A stretch of 64,000 bases of DNA, taken from assembly GCA_964409365.1 (NCBI GenBank), contig CAYPCX010000001.1, positions 128,684-192,683 of the forward strand. The letters run 5' to 3'. The position numbers and the translations under genes are program-made. Shown here one piece after another: positions 1-9,057 of this stretch. Each line of letters opens with the position of its first letter. The first letter of the stretch is position 1. Source of the DNA: an uncultured Planctomycetia bacterium. GTDB taxonomy: Bacteria; Omnitrophota; Gorgyraeia; Tantalellales; Tantalellaceae. A model generated the notes under the pieces. It made no database searches, had not been told where the DNA came from, and saw nothing but the letters and a program-made list of their open reading frames with translations.

Positions 1-19
1 AAGGACCAATATCAGTTCA

Positions 20-811
20 TTGGCTAACCAGGTAAAGTTATTCCTTTGTTTCAACTTCGCGGGTGCCGGGAAGAAGGTGGACTTCTTGCTGGAACAGAAC
101 AAAGAGGATTTCTGGCGTAAGATATGCGATAAGGAGGCAGGAGAGTACAGGGTAGACTTCGATCTTATGGATTATGGGAAGTTCCGGGCCGGTCTCGACC
201 GGCTGGCGGGGAAAAGGGCGTTCACTCTGCCGCAGGTGTATCGCGGGTATATCGATTGCGTTCTTGACGCGACGTCAGGCAAGGCGGACATGAGGGCGTC
301 TGAACCGGAGTGGAAGCTGTATTTCACGGCCAATGCCGATTTTCTGGTAAGGCCGATCCTCGCATGGGACGGGAGAAATAAGGCCATCATACCCGTTAGG
401 GACCCGCTTCAAAGGTTCGGGTCGCATAAGAGGTGGCAATCTTCCGGGTTCATCTGCACGGAGGACCGGCTTTCCGGCTGGAAGAAGGTGCACCGGTCCT
501 ACATCTTCTTCAAAGAAAAGTATAAGGGCAGGGTGCTTTTGGTGGATTATGACGATCTTGTGGGAAATACGGAAAGAGGCATGAGACGTGTCGCGGAATT
601 CCTTGGCCTGGACTTCGAGGATGTCCTGACCGTTCCCACCCTCATGGGCAGGCCCGTGAAGGGCAATACTTCGTTCAAGGACCGGGGCAAGGAACGCCCC
701 GGCGAGATATACACGGGATCACAGGAAAGATATAAGGAAATATTAACGAAAGAAGAGATAGATATCATAGAGAAAGGCCTGAGGCCGCTCTACAAGGAGG
801 TTCTATCGTGA
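20..811 (+). CDS. Sulfotransferase-family protein (possibly 5'-truncated; TTG start at 20, frame stays open to base 2)
   Basis: RDP motif (IIPVRDPLQRF) and C-terminal region (LVDYDDLVGNTERGMRRVAEFLGLDFEDV) look like bacterial Stf0-type sulfotransferases. Co-directional with and adjacent to rfbF. The short antisense ORFs are shadows. Confidence 0.45.
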   Translation: MANQVKLFLCFNFAGAGKKVDFLLEQNKEDFWRKICDKEAGEYRVDFDLMDYGKFRAGLDRLAGKRAFTLPQVYRGYIDCVLDATSGKADMRASEPEWKLYFTANADFLVRPILAWDGRNKAIIPVRDPLQRFGSHKRWQSSGFICTEDRLSGWKKVHRSYIFFKEKYKGRVLLVDYDDLVGNTERGMRRVAEFLGLDFEDVLTVPTLMGRPVKGNTSFKDRGKERPGEIYTGSQERYKEILTKEEIDIIEKGLRPLYKEVLS

Positions 812-1584
812 AAGTCGTTATTCTTTGCGGGGGGTTAGGTACGAGGCTGCGTGAGGAGACCGAGTTCAAGCCCAAACCAATGGTCGAGATAGGGGCGAGG
901 CCCGTGCTGTGGCATATCATGAAGCTTTACGCGCATTACGGTTTCAAGGATTTCGTCCTCTGCCTGGGATATAAAGGGGAGATGATAAAGGAATATTTTT
1001 ATCATTACGGGGCCCTTAACAATGATTTTACGGTCGAGCTCGGGAGACAGGAAGCGGTAGAGATCCATAGCGACAATGAGGAAAAGGACTGGAAGGTCAC
1101 ACTGGCCAACACCGGGTACGAGGCGTTAAAAGGCGCGCGGCTTAAACGCGTGGAAAAGTACATCGACGGCGACAGGTTTATGATGACCTACGGCGACGGG
1201 GTCGCCAACGTGGATATCAACGCCCTTTTACGGTTTCACGAAAAACACGGAAAGCTGGCCACCGTTACGGGGGTGAACCTCGGTTCGCTTTTCGGCGACC
1301 TCAAGGTGAAGGGGGATATGGTCGAGATCTTCAGTGAAAAATCGGGCGAGAGCAGAGGGATGATCAACGGCGGGTTCTTTGTCTTTGACAGGGGAATATT
1401 CGATTATCTTTCAAGTGACGATAAATGTGACCTTGAGGTCGGAGCCCTCGAGACCCTGGCGAAGGACGGCGAGCTCATGGTCTATAAGCACAGGGGGTTC
1501 TGGTATTGCATGGACACTCTGCGCGATATGGATCATTTGAACAGGTTATGGAAAGAGAAAAAAGCGGACTGGAAGGTCTGGTAG
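808..1584 (+). CDS. rfbF: Glucose-1-phosphate cytidylyltransferase
   Basis: N-terminus MKVVILCGGLGTRLREETEFKPKPMVEIGARPVLWHIMKLYAHYGFKDFVLCLGYKG is the canonical RfbF/DdhA nucleotidyltransferase signature. 258 aa. 4-nt overlap with the upstream gene. Confidence 0.9.
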   Translation: MKVVILCGGLGTRLREETEFKPKPMVEIGARPVLWHIMKLYAHYGFKDFVLCLGYKGEMIKEYFYHYGALNNDFTVELGRQEAVEIHSDNEEKDWKVTLANTGYEALKGARLKRVEKYIDGDRFMMTYGDGVANVDINALLRFHEKHGKLATVTGVNLGSLFGDLKVKGDMVEIFSEKSGESRGMINGGFFVFDRGIFDYLSSDDKCDLEVGALETLAKDGELMVYKHRGFWYCMDTLRDMDHLNRLWKEKKADWKVW

Positions 1585-1590
1585 GGTAAG

Positions 1591-2682
1591 ATGTCAGATA
1601 TATTCGACGGGTTCTATAAGGATAAGAAAATACTGGTGACCGGTCATACCGGTTTCAAGGGATCGTGGCTATCCATGTGGCTGCGTGAACTCGGGGCGGA
1701 GGTGGCGGGTTTCGCGCTCGAACCCCCTTCGAAGCCGAGCCTTTACGAGGTGTCCGGGATGGAGGGCAGGATGGCCTCGGTTTTCGGGGACGTGAGGGAC
1801 GCGGTAAAGCTGGAAGAGACCTTTAACAGGTACGAGCCGGAGATGGTATTCCACATGGCGGCCCAGTCGCTGGTAAGGTATTCCTATAAGGCCCCGTCCT
1901 ATACTTATGAAACTAACGTACTGGGTACGGTGAACGTGCTTGAAGCCTGCCGGAAGACCCCTTCGGTGCGCGCGATAGTGAACGTGACCAGCGATAAATG
2001 TTATGACAACGATAACGCGGCGCGCCCGTTCAGGGAGAACGACCCCATGGGAGGGCATGATCCTTACAGTTCGAGCAAAGGATGCGCGGAACTGGTCACG
2101 GCGGCGTACGTGAGGTCTTATTTCAACCCCAGGGATTTTGCGGAACACGGTGTGTCCCTGGCGTCGGTCAGGTCGGGCAACGCGATAGGCGGAGGCGACT
2201 GGGGCAAGGACAGGCTTATACCGGATTGTGTGAAAGCGCTCGCCGAAGGTAAACCTGTCATTATCCGTTATCCGGAAGCGGTGCGTCCGTGGCAGCATGT
2301 GCTGGAGCCGGTCTATGGGTATCTTCTGTTAGGTAAGGACCTTTACCGGTACGGGGCGGCTTTCAGCGGGGGGTGGAATTTCGGTTCCGACGATCGCGAG
2401 GCCAGGACCGTGAGGTGGCTCATGGATAAGATGGTGACCATGTGGGGTCAGGGCGCCGCCTGGAAGGCCGACAGGGGCGACCATCCCTATGAGGCGCAGC
2501 ACCTGCGGCTGGATTGCTCCAAAGCCATAAAGGGGCTGGGCTGGTCCCCCGGGTGGGACCTGGAAACGGCCCTGGCGAATACGGTAGACTGGTACAAAGC
2601 GTATTTTGAAGGGAAAGAGATGTTACCTTTTACTGTGCGGCAGATCAAAAAATATGAAAAGACCGTTGAACGGAGAAGCTGA
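1591..2682 (+). CDS. rfbG: CDP-glucose 4,6-dehydratase
   Basis: ILVTGHTGFKGSWLSMWLRELGAEV Rossmann motif, extended-SDR YxxxK region and length (363 aa) match RfbG/DdhB. Immediately follows rfbF. Confidence 0.88.
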   Translation: MSDIFDGFYKDKKILVTGHTGFKGSWLSMWLRELGAEVAGFALEPPSKPSLYEVSGMEGRMASVFGDVRDAVKLEETFNRYEPEMVFHMAAQSLVRYSYKAPSYTYETNVLGTVNVLEACRKTPSVRAIVNVTSDKCYDNDNAARPFRENDPMGGHDPYSSSKGCAELVTAAYVRSYFNPRDFAEHGVSLASVRSGNAIGGGDWGKDRLIPDCVKALAEGKPVIIRYPEAVRPWQHVLEPVYGYLLLGKDLYRYGAAFSGGWNFGSDDREARTVRWLMDKMVTMWGQGAAWKADRGDHPYEAQHLRLDCSKAIKGLGWSPGWDLETALANTVDWYKAYFEGKEMLPFTVRQIKKYEKTVERRS

Positions 2683-2683
2683 A

Positions 2684-3910
2684 ATGGCGAATTGCAGGTT
2701 TTGCGGAAAGGAACTGGAACACCTTTTCGTCAGCCTCGGGAAGGCTCCTCTTTCGAATTCTTTTCTCGACAGGGAGGAGCTGGACCGGGAGGAACCGGTC
2801 TATCCGCTGGATGTGTATGTGTGCGACGGCTGTTTTCTCGTACAGCTCCCCGGGTCCAAAAGACCGGAAGAGATATTCAGCGAATATGCTTATTTCTCCT
2901 CATATTCGGACACCTGGCTGGAACATGCCCGCCGCTATGCCGATAAGATGACAGGGCTTTTCGGTATAAATGAGAATTCGCTCGTGATGGAAGTAGCGAG
3001 CAATGACGGGTATCTCCTGCAATATTTCAAGGAGAAGAAGGTCCCCGTTCTCGGGATAGAACCCGCGTTGAATGTCGCCCGCGCAGCCAGGGATAAGGGT
3101 ATACCCACGGAAACGGTCTTTCTGGGAAAAGATACGGCGAAGGATATAGCCGTGAACCGCGGACGCGCCGACCTGCTGGTGGGGAACAACGTGCTGGCCC
3201 ACGTCCCGGATATCAACGATTTCGTCGAGGGGGTCGGGGTGCTGCTGAAACGGGGCGGTGTTATCACGATGGAGTTCCCGCATCTCATGCGGCTGATTGA
3301 AGATATCCAGTTCGACACCATATATCATGAGCACTTTTCATATTTTTCCTTTATAACGGCCGAGAAGATCTTCGCGGCGCACGGACTTGTCATATTCGAC
3401 GTGGAGGAGATACCGACCCACGGGGGTTCTTTGAGGATCTATGTACGGCACGGGGATAACACCGGCCTGCCGGTCTCGGAAAGGGTGCGTGAGCTTAAGC
3501 GGCGCGAGACGGATGCCGGGTACGCCGATATAGAACATTATATGGGTTTTGACGGCAGGGTCCGAAAAGTGAAAAAGGACGTTGTGCGGTTCTTTGATGA
3601 AGCGCGAGCGGAAGGCAAAAAGGTGGCCGGGTACGGCGCCGCGGCCAAAGGCAATACGCTGCTTAACTATTGCGGTATAGATGCCGGGGCGGTCGATTAC
3701 GTGGCCGACAAAAACCCCTATAAGCAGGGGCGGTTCCTCCCGGGCAGCCGTATACCCGTGGAAACGCCGGAAAAGATCAAAGAGACGAAACCGGACTATG
3801 TACTCATCCTGCCATGGAATATCCGGCAGGAGATAACGGATCAGCTGGGATTCGTACGCGAATGGGGAGGAAGATTCGTGACAGTTATACCGAAAGTGAG
3901 GGTGTTCTGA
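2684..3910 (+). CDS. Sugar-nucleotide C-methyltransferase (N-terminal Zn-ribbon + class I SAM methyltransferase, TylCIII/NovU-like)
   Basis: CRFCGK...CDGC four-Cys Zn-ribbon is followed by a SAM-MTase fold (VMEVASNDGYLL, LLVGNNVLAHVPD) and a C-terminal C-methyltransferase domain. Start placed at ATG 2684, directly after the rfbG stop at 2682; the track ORF from 2606 is an upstream extension. Confidence 0.75.
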   Translation: MANCRFCGKELEHLFVSLGKAPLSNSFLDREELDREEPVYPLDVYVCDGCFLVQLPGSKRPEEIFSEYAYFSSYSDTWLEHARRYADKMTGLFGINENSLVMEVASNDGYLLQYFKEKKVPVLGIEPALNVARAARDKGIPTETVFLGKDTAKDIAVNRGRADLLVGNNVLAHVPDINDFVEGVGVLLKRGGVITMEFPHLMRLIEDIQFDTIYHEHFSYFSFITAEKIFAAHGLVIFDVEEIPTHGGSLRIYVRHGDNTGLPVSERVRELKRRETDAGYADIEHYMGFDGRVRKVKKDVVRFFDEARAEGKKVAGYGAAAKGNTLLNYCGIDAGAVDYVADKNPYKQGRFLPGSRIPVETPEKIKETKPDYVLILPWNIRQEITDQLGFVREWGGRFVTVIPKVRVF

Positions 3911-3912
3911 AA

Positions 3913-4443
3913 ATGATATTTAACCCGACCGGGCTCGATGGCGCGTTCCTGATAGAACCTGACAGGTTTGAGGATGAAAGAGGTTTTTTCCTGACGGGTT
4001 TTCACCGCGAAAAATTCAAAGAGAGGGGTATAGATCTTGATATAGACCAGAACAGCGTTTCGTATAACAGAAAAAAGGGGACGCTGAGGGGGATGCATTA
4101 CCAGGTGGCGCCTTATGAACAAGCAAAACTGGTGAGTTGCTTTAAAGGCGCCATATATGACGTGATAATCGATTTCAGGGAAGGGTCTTCCACTTACGGC
4201 AAATGGGTATCGGTGGACCTGGACGAAAGAACGTTAAGAGCGCTTTATGTCCCGAAGGGTTTCGCGCACGGTTTCCAGGCACTGGAAGATGATACGGTGG
4301 TGTTCTATGCAATAAGCGGACCTTATCGCCCGGAACACGCGGAAGGGATAAGATGGGATGACCGGGCCTTTAATATTGACTGGCCCCTGGAGCCGAGCGT
4401 GTTGTCGGAGAAAGACGCGGGTTGGCCCGATCATAAAGGATAG
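3913..4443 (+). CDS. Sugar-nucleotide 3,5-epimerase (RmlC-like cupin)
   Basis: MIFNPTGLDGAFLIEPDRFEDERGFF..GMHYQ..KLVSCFKGAIYDVIIDFR is the RmlC/dTDP-4-dehydrorhamnose 3,5-epimerase family signature. Start at ATG 3913, right after the 3910 stop; the track ORF from 3814 is extended. Confidence 0.85.
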   Translation: MIFNPTGLDGAFLIEPDRFEDERGFFLTGFHREKFKERGIDLDIDQNSVSYNRKKGTLRGMHYQVAPYEQAKLVSCFKGAIYDVIIDFREGSSTYGKWVSVDLDERTLRALYVPKGFAHGFQALEDDTVVFYAISGPYRPEHAEGIRWDDRAFNIDWPLEPSVLSEKDAGWPDHKG

Positions 4444-4446
4444 ACA

Positions 4447-5361
4447 ATGAAGAAGGTCATTTTGACAGGAGCAAGCGGTTTTATAGGCAGGCACACTATA
4501 CCGTATCTGTTGAAGAACGGCTGTGAAGTCCATGCTCTTTTCCGGGACCATGAACCGGAAATAAAGGACCGCAAAGGGCTTCTCTGGCATAAATGTGACA
4601 TTCTGGACCCCGCGGCGCGGGAAAGATTATGTGATGAGATAAAAGCGAGCCACCTGCTTCATTTTGCCTGGTGTACTGCTCCGGGTGAATATTGGACGTC
4701 CCCGGAAAACATGAAATGGGAACAGGCAAGTTTGGACCTGGTGATGAAATTCGCGGATAATGGGGGCAAAAGGGCGGTTATAGCGGGGACATGCGCTGAA
4801 TATGATTGGGGTCACGGCTATTGTTCCGAGGAAGGGACGCCTTTGAACCCCGCGAGCCTTTACGGCGCTTGTAAATGCGGTCTGGAGAACAGCGTAAGAC
4901 AGTTTTCCGCTGAGGCAGGCTTAAGCTACGCTTGGGGAAGGATATTTTACGTGTACGGCCCGTATGAGAACCCGGAGCGCCTGATCCCGTCGGTCATACG
5001 CGCTTTACAGGAGAAAAGGGTCGCGTGCTGCACTCATGGGGACCAGGTCCGGGATTTTTTGCATGTTGAGGACGTCGCTTCGGCCTTTGTGTCTTTGTTG
5101 TTGAGCGACGTCGACGGCCCGGTCAATATCGCCTCAGGCCAGCCTGTAAAGCTTCGCGAGGTGGTACTTGCTGTCGCCGATCATTTTGGCGCCGGCGATA
5201 AAGTGGAGTTCGGGGTGGTTCCGGCACCGGAAAAAGAAGCCGAACTGATCGTAAGCGGCAGTACTCGCCTGGCCGACGAGGTCGGCTGGCGACCGAAGTA
5301 CGATCTGGGTTCCGGTATCGCGCAAACGGTACGTTATTGGCAGGAAAAGACGCATAAATAG
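4447..5361 (+). CDS. NAD(P)-dependent epimerase/dehydratase family reductase (probable sugar-nucleotide 4-ketoreductase)
   Basis: VILTGASGFIGRHTIPYLL Rossmann motif. YGACK (SYxxxK-like) catalytic motif. 304 aa. Confidence 0.75.
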   Translation: MKKVILTGASGFIGRHTIPYLLKNGCEVHALFRDHEPEIKDRKGLLWHKCDILDPAARERLCDEIKASHLLHFAWCTAPGEYWTSPENMKWEQASLDLVMKFADNGGKRAVIAGTCAEYDWGHGYCSEEGTPLNPASLYGACKCGLENSVRQFSAEAGLSYAWGRIFYVYGPYENPERLIPSVIRALQEKRVACCTHGDQVRDFLHVEDVASAFVSLLLSDVDGPVNIASGQPVKLREVVLAVADHFGAGDKVEFGVVPAPEKEAELIVSGSTRLADEVGWRPKYDLGSGIAQTVRYWQEKTHK

Positions 5362-5366
5362 GGGGT

Positions 5367-6161
5367 ATGGTAATGAGAAAGACCAATGAAAACAGAATGG
5401 ATATGGTTCTCGGGCTTTCCTCGGAACGTGATCGTCATCTGTCCGAATCCCTGTCCGCGCTTGCCGAAAAGAGAAGCTTTGAGGAAATAGCGCAGTGTTT
5501 TCCCGCGTATATCAGGAGGATCAACCTGACCAGGTTCCTGGCTTATTATGAACTGTTCAAAAAAATAGAGGCAGTTCCGGGCTGGATCGTGGAGTGCGGG
5601 ATATATCGGGGATTCAGCCTTTTTTCTCTGGCGAAATTCCTTGAGATATTCTGCATGGGGGATAAAACGAGAAAGGTCCTGGGATTCGATAATTTCAGCG
5701 GTTTTACCGATCTTAGGGAGGAAGACGGGCCCGAAGATCGCAGCGTGACGAGGAACAAGGGAGGCACGAACCCGGGCAATTTCAGGGATGACTTCTTTGA
5801 GCTGCTCAAGTTGAACAACCAGGACGCTTTCGCGCCCTGGGCAAAAAGGATAAGTGTCGTCGAGGGGAACGTCCAGGAAACGGTGCCGAAGTACTGCGAA
5901 GAGAACCCCGGCCTCCGGATATCGTTCCTTAACCTGGATATAGATCTTTATGAGCCGGTCTGCACCTGCTTGGAGCATCTTTATCCCAGGGTAGTCCCGG
6001 GGGGACTTGTCGTTCTGGATGAATTCGCCCATAAGGATTGGCCGGGCGAAAGCAAGGCGGTCGAAGATGCGTTTCTCCGGAATGGATGGAAGATACCCGC
6101 CTTTAAGACCTTGACCTGGGTGGGTACCCCGACCACTTATTTCATAAAGGAGGCGTTTTGA
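5367..6161 (+). CDS. TylF/MycF-family SAM-dependent sugar O-methyltransferase
   Basis: GWIVECGIYRGFSLFSLAKFL and DLYEP..LEHLYPRVVPGGLVVLDEF match macrocin O-methyltransferase-family proteins. The 278-aa antisense ORF 5334..6170 is taken as a shadow. Confidence 0.7.
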   Translation: MVMRKTNENRMDMVLGLSSERDRHLSESLSALAEKRSFEEIAQCFPAYIRRINLTRFLAYYELFKKIEAVPGWIVECGIYRGFSLFSLAKFLEIFCMGDKTRKVLGFDNFSGFTDLREEDGPEDRSVTRNKGGTNPGNFRDDFFELLKLNNQDAFAPWAKRISVVEGNVQETVPKYCEENPGLRISFLNLDIDLYEPVCTCLEHLYPRVVPGGLVVLDEFAHKDWPGESKAVEDAFLRNGWKIPAFKTLTWVGTPTTYFIKEAF

Positions 6162-7534
6162 CGATACCACGTAAGGTCCTTCATGTTGCCCCTCACTTGG
6201 GAGGGGGAGTCGGGAGATTCGTTACTAACGTCTATTCCAGGGACGAGGAGTTCGACCATTTATTCCTTCTTCTCGAGGCTCCGGAGAATGAAGACTTTTT
6301 GAATTCGTCTAACATTAAATGGATGTTATCGAACAAAAGGGATGGTTTGAGCAGCCGTTCAGAAGAATACGATGCCATACAGATCGAATTTTGGAACCAT
6401 CCTCTTTTGTACAGGTTCTTATTGGAAAACAACCTTTTAAAGAGAACAAGGGTCTTGTTTTACAGCCATGTGAACGGCCTGTACGAACCCGGTATCATAA
6501 CCGAGACGCTTGTGAGATCGTGCGATAATTTTATGGTGTCAACGTTCGCGTCGACGCACTCCAAAGCCATCTCATCCGCGGACCATAAGATAAGCGTTGT
6601 TCCCGAGTTCGGGGGGTGCGGCAGGACCTCCGGGATACGCAAGGTCGAGCATGAGGGATTTAACGTTGTTTACATAGGATCAGCCGATAGAATAAAGCTG
6701 CACCCCGCGTATATAAGTATGTGCAGGAAGATCACGGAGAGGATCCCGCAGGCGAGATTCATTTTCTGCAGCCAGGATGACCATTCTTATTTGCGGGCGC
6801 AGGCAGAGGACGAGGGGATATTAACCCGTTTTACCTTCCACAGAAATTTGCGGAATATCGACGAAGTATTGGAAATAGCGGATGTTTTCGGGTACCCCCT
6901 GAACCCCCGGCACTTCGGGACCGGAGAACAGGCCCTTATCGAGTCGATGGGCGCCTCGGTCCCGCCGGTCGTTTTAGATAATCTTCCCGAGAGGTATATC
7001 GTGGATGACGGGATCACGGGTATCATAGCCGGTTCGGTCGATGATTACGTGGAAGCGGTAGAGTTCCTGTATTCGAACCCCGGGGCCGCTAAAGATATGG
7101 GGCAGAGCGCGAGGGAAAAAGCAATGACGGAAATGTCCGAGGTGAAGACATTATCCCGGCTCCATGAAGTGTATAAAAAAGTGTTGGCCCGTGAAAAAAC
7201 GGACCATGTGTTCTTTCCGGAGGATACTATAGAACGCATAGGGGACGATATCGGCTTGGGACTTTTCGCGGTCTCCCAGGGGGCGGCTGGAGAAAAGTTC
7301 TTGCAGGCGCTGGACGAAAACGGTAACGCCCGGTACTGGAAATGGAAGATCGGTCTTTGCGATGAGCACCTTTCGCCCCATAAGGGCACGCTGGCGCAAT
7401 ATCAGGCGTATTTCCCGGGGTCAAAGGGCCTTGCGCGACTGGTCGATATCGTGAGTTCGGAATTGGAAGGGGATAAAGATCTACGCCGACAAGGCTTTGG
7501 TCTGCGAAAGATGACACAGGGGAATATATTATGA
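6158..7534 (+). CDS. Glycosyltransferase family 4 (GT-B) with C-terminal extension
   Basis: N-terminal VLHVAPHLGGGVGRFV. C-terminal GT4 EX7E-type motif GEQALIESMGASVPPVVLDNLPERYIVDDGITGII. Confidence 0.7.
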   Translation: MTIPRKVLHVAPHLGGGVGRFVTNVYSRDEEFDHLFLLLEAPENEDFLNSSNIKWMLSNKRDGLSSRSEEYDAIQIEFWNHPLLYRFLLENNLLKRTRVLFYSHVNGLYEPGIITETLVRSCDNFMVSTFASTHSKAISSADHKISVVPEFGGCGRTSGIRKVEHEGFNVVYIGSADRIKLHPAYISMCRKITERIPQARFIFCSQDDHSYLRAQAEDEGILTRFTFHRNLRNIDEVLEIADVFGYPLNPRHFGTGEQALIESMGASVPPVVLDNLPERYIVDDGITGIIAGSVDDYVEAVEFLYSNPGAAKDMGQSAREKAMTEMSEVKTLSRLHEVYKKVLAREKTDHVFFPEDTIERIGDDIGLGLFAVSQGAAGEKFLQALDENGNARYWKWKIGLCDEHLSPHKGTLAQYQAYFPGSKGLARLVDIVSSELEGDKDLRRQGFGLRKMTQGNIL

Positions 7535-9057
7535 GGATCTTGTTCGTTTTGCCGAACGTGGCCGAGATAGGAGTGAAACCTATAGGGCTTTCGTTGTTGA
7601 GCGCGATATGCAGGGATCGCGGGTATAGCGTGGACCTTTTTGACACGACGTTCTATGAGTTCTCCGAGATAGACGATTTCACCAATAATGCGGCCGTGTA
7701 CGCGGACAAGAACCAGTCGAGGTCCGTTGATTATGAAAAAGCGGGAGTAAAAAAAGAGAAAGTCGATCTGCGGGAGCGCCTTCATGACAAGTTATCGGAA
7801 TATCGGCCCGACGTGTGCGCTTTTACCGTGATGACCTCCGACAGGGACCTGTGCGGGAAGATGTCGGACTATATAAAGGAATATGATGACGGGATCCAGA
7901 TCATCTGGGGCGGGATCTATCCGACGTCATCTCCGGAGGAGGCCATTTCCTATACATCAGTGGACCATATATGTTGTTACGAGGGCGTAGAGGCCTTTCC
8001 GGAACTCCTGGAGGCGATCGAAGAAGGGAAGGACACGGGTAATATAAAGAATATCTATACCAAGCGGGACGGAAGTATCATCAAGAACGAGATACGGCCT
8101 AAATTCATGCAGCTGGACAGCCTGCCTTATCTGGACTGGGAGATCTTTGATAAGAGAAAATTTTTAAGACCGTTCAAGGGAAAGCTCATAAGAGGCGGGG
8201 AGTTCATGTCCGTTGTAGGGTGCCCCAGCAGCTGCACTTACTGCATGAATAACTGGCTTAACAGAGAGGACCGGCGTATCAGGAGGTATTCGCCGAAAAG
8301 GATCATTGAAGAATTGAAATACCAGAAAGAAAAATATGATCTCGAATTCCTGACCTTCAGGGACGATGATTTTCTCGTACGCCCGATGGGTGAATTGACC
8401 GAACTTGCCGAGTTGTATAAGACCGAGATCGGCCTGCCTTTTTCCATGCAGGCCAATTCACGGTTCGTGACGGAGGAGAAGGTGGAGATCGTGAAAAATA
8501 TGGGAGTGCATTCGGTGAACATAGGTATCGAATCGGGTAATGAGTATATCCGTAAGGAGGTCTTGAAAAGACAGGACAGCATGGAAGAAATAGAGAACGC
8601 CTTTAAGTGGTTCAACGCGGCCGGGATAGAGACGCATTCGTTGAATATGATCGGCCTGCCGTTCGAGACCAGAGAGACCATTTTTGAAACGATCGAATTC
8701 ATAAGGAAAATAAAGCCGACCATCAGCTACGTAAGTATTTTTTACCCGTTCGAGAGGACGGAACTGTACGACCTGTGTATAGAGAAGAAGTGGTTCGATC
8801 CCGAGGAAAGCAGGCAAATAGACATTCTCAGGTTCTCGGCCTTGAAATTGCCGGGCATATCCGGCGAAGAGGTCGAGGGCATAAATAAGTGTTTCAGTAT
8901 GTACGTTAAATTCCCGAGATCATTATGGCCGCTCATCAGGCGGGCCGAAAAGAACAACAAGGAAGGTAAGGAGCTGTTCAAACTCTTGAGCGATATGTAT
9001 TCCAGTAACATACTGGAGAGAACGCGAACTTTTCCGGGGGAGGAGATCCACATATGA
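7531..9057 (+). CDS. Cobalamin-binding (class B) radical SAM enzyme
   Basis: N-terminal B12-binding-like domain (MRILFVLPNVAEIGVKPIGLSLLSAI) followed by a CxxxCxxC cluster motif (GCPSSCTYCMN) and a radical SAM core (HSVNIGIESGN). Confidence 0.8.
   Translation: MRILFVLPNVAEIGVKPIGLSLLSAICRDRGYSVDLFDTTFYEFSEIDDFTNNAAVYADKNQSRSVDYEKAGVKKEKVDLRERLHDKLSEYRPDVCAFTVMTSDRDLCGKMSDYIKEYDDGIQIIWGGIYPTSSPEEAISYTSVDHICCYEGVEAFPELLEAIEEGKDTGNIKNIYTKRDGSIIKNEIRPKFMQLDSLPYLDWEIFDKRKFLRPFKGKLIRGGEFMSVVGCPSSCTYCMNNWLNREDRRIRRYSPKRIIEELKYQKEKYDLEFLTFRDDDFLVRPMGELTELAELYKTEIGLPFSMQANSRFVTEEKVEIVKNMGVHSVNIGIESGNEYIRKEVLKRQDSMEEIENAFKWFNAAGIETHSLNMIGLPFETRETIFETIEFIRKIKPTISYVSIFYPFERTELYDLCIEKKWFDPEESRQIDILRFSALKLPGISGEEVEGINKCFSMYVKFPRSLWPLIRRAEKNNKEGKELFKLLSDMYSSNILERTRTFPGEEIHI

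Noticed and set aside
2606-2683. 5' extensions of track ORFs beyond the upstream gene's stop (2606, 3814, 12252, 16558, 27395, 28008, 34149, 34640, 35797, 36717, 48674)
   Set aside because: In each case an internal ATG (or GTG at 37008) lies at or within 1-4 nt of the upstream stop codon. The extended N-termini overlap the preceding gene and lack homology-like sequence. The shorter coupled starts were preferred, with 48674 kept as a noted alternative because of its good SD.
2692-2946. 84-aa + strand ORF (frame +1) overlapping the start of the C-methyltransferase
   Set aside because: It lies out of frame inside a gene with clear domain signatures. Its translation is Arg/Gly/Pro-rich low-complexity.
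5334-6170. 278-aa minus-strand ORF covering the TylF-like methyltransferase gene
   Set aside because: The + strand frame has clear TylF/MycF motifs and sits in register with the co-directional operon. The antisense product has no motifs, so it is a shadow ORF.
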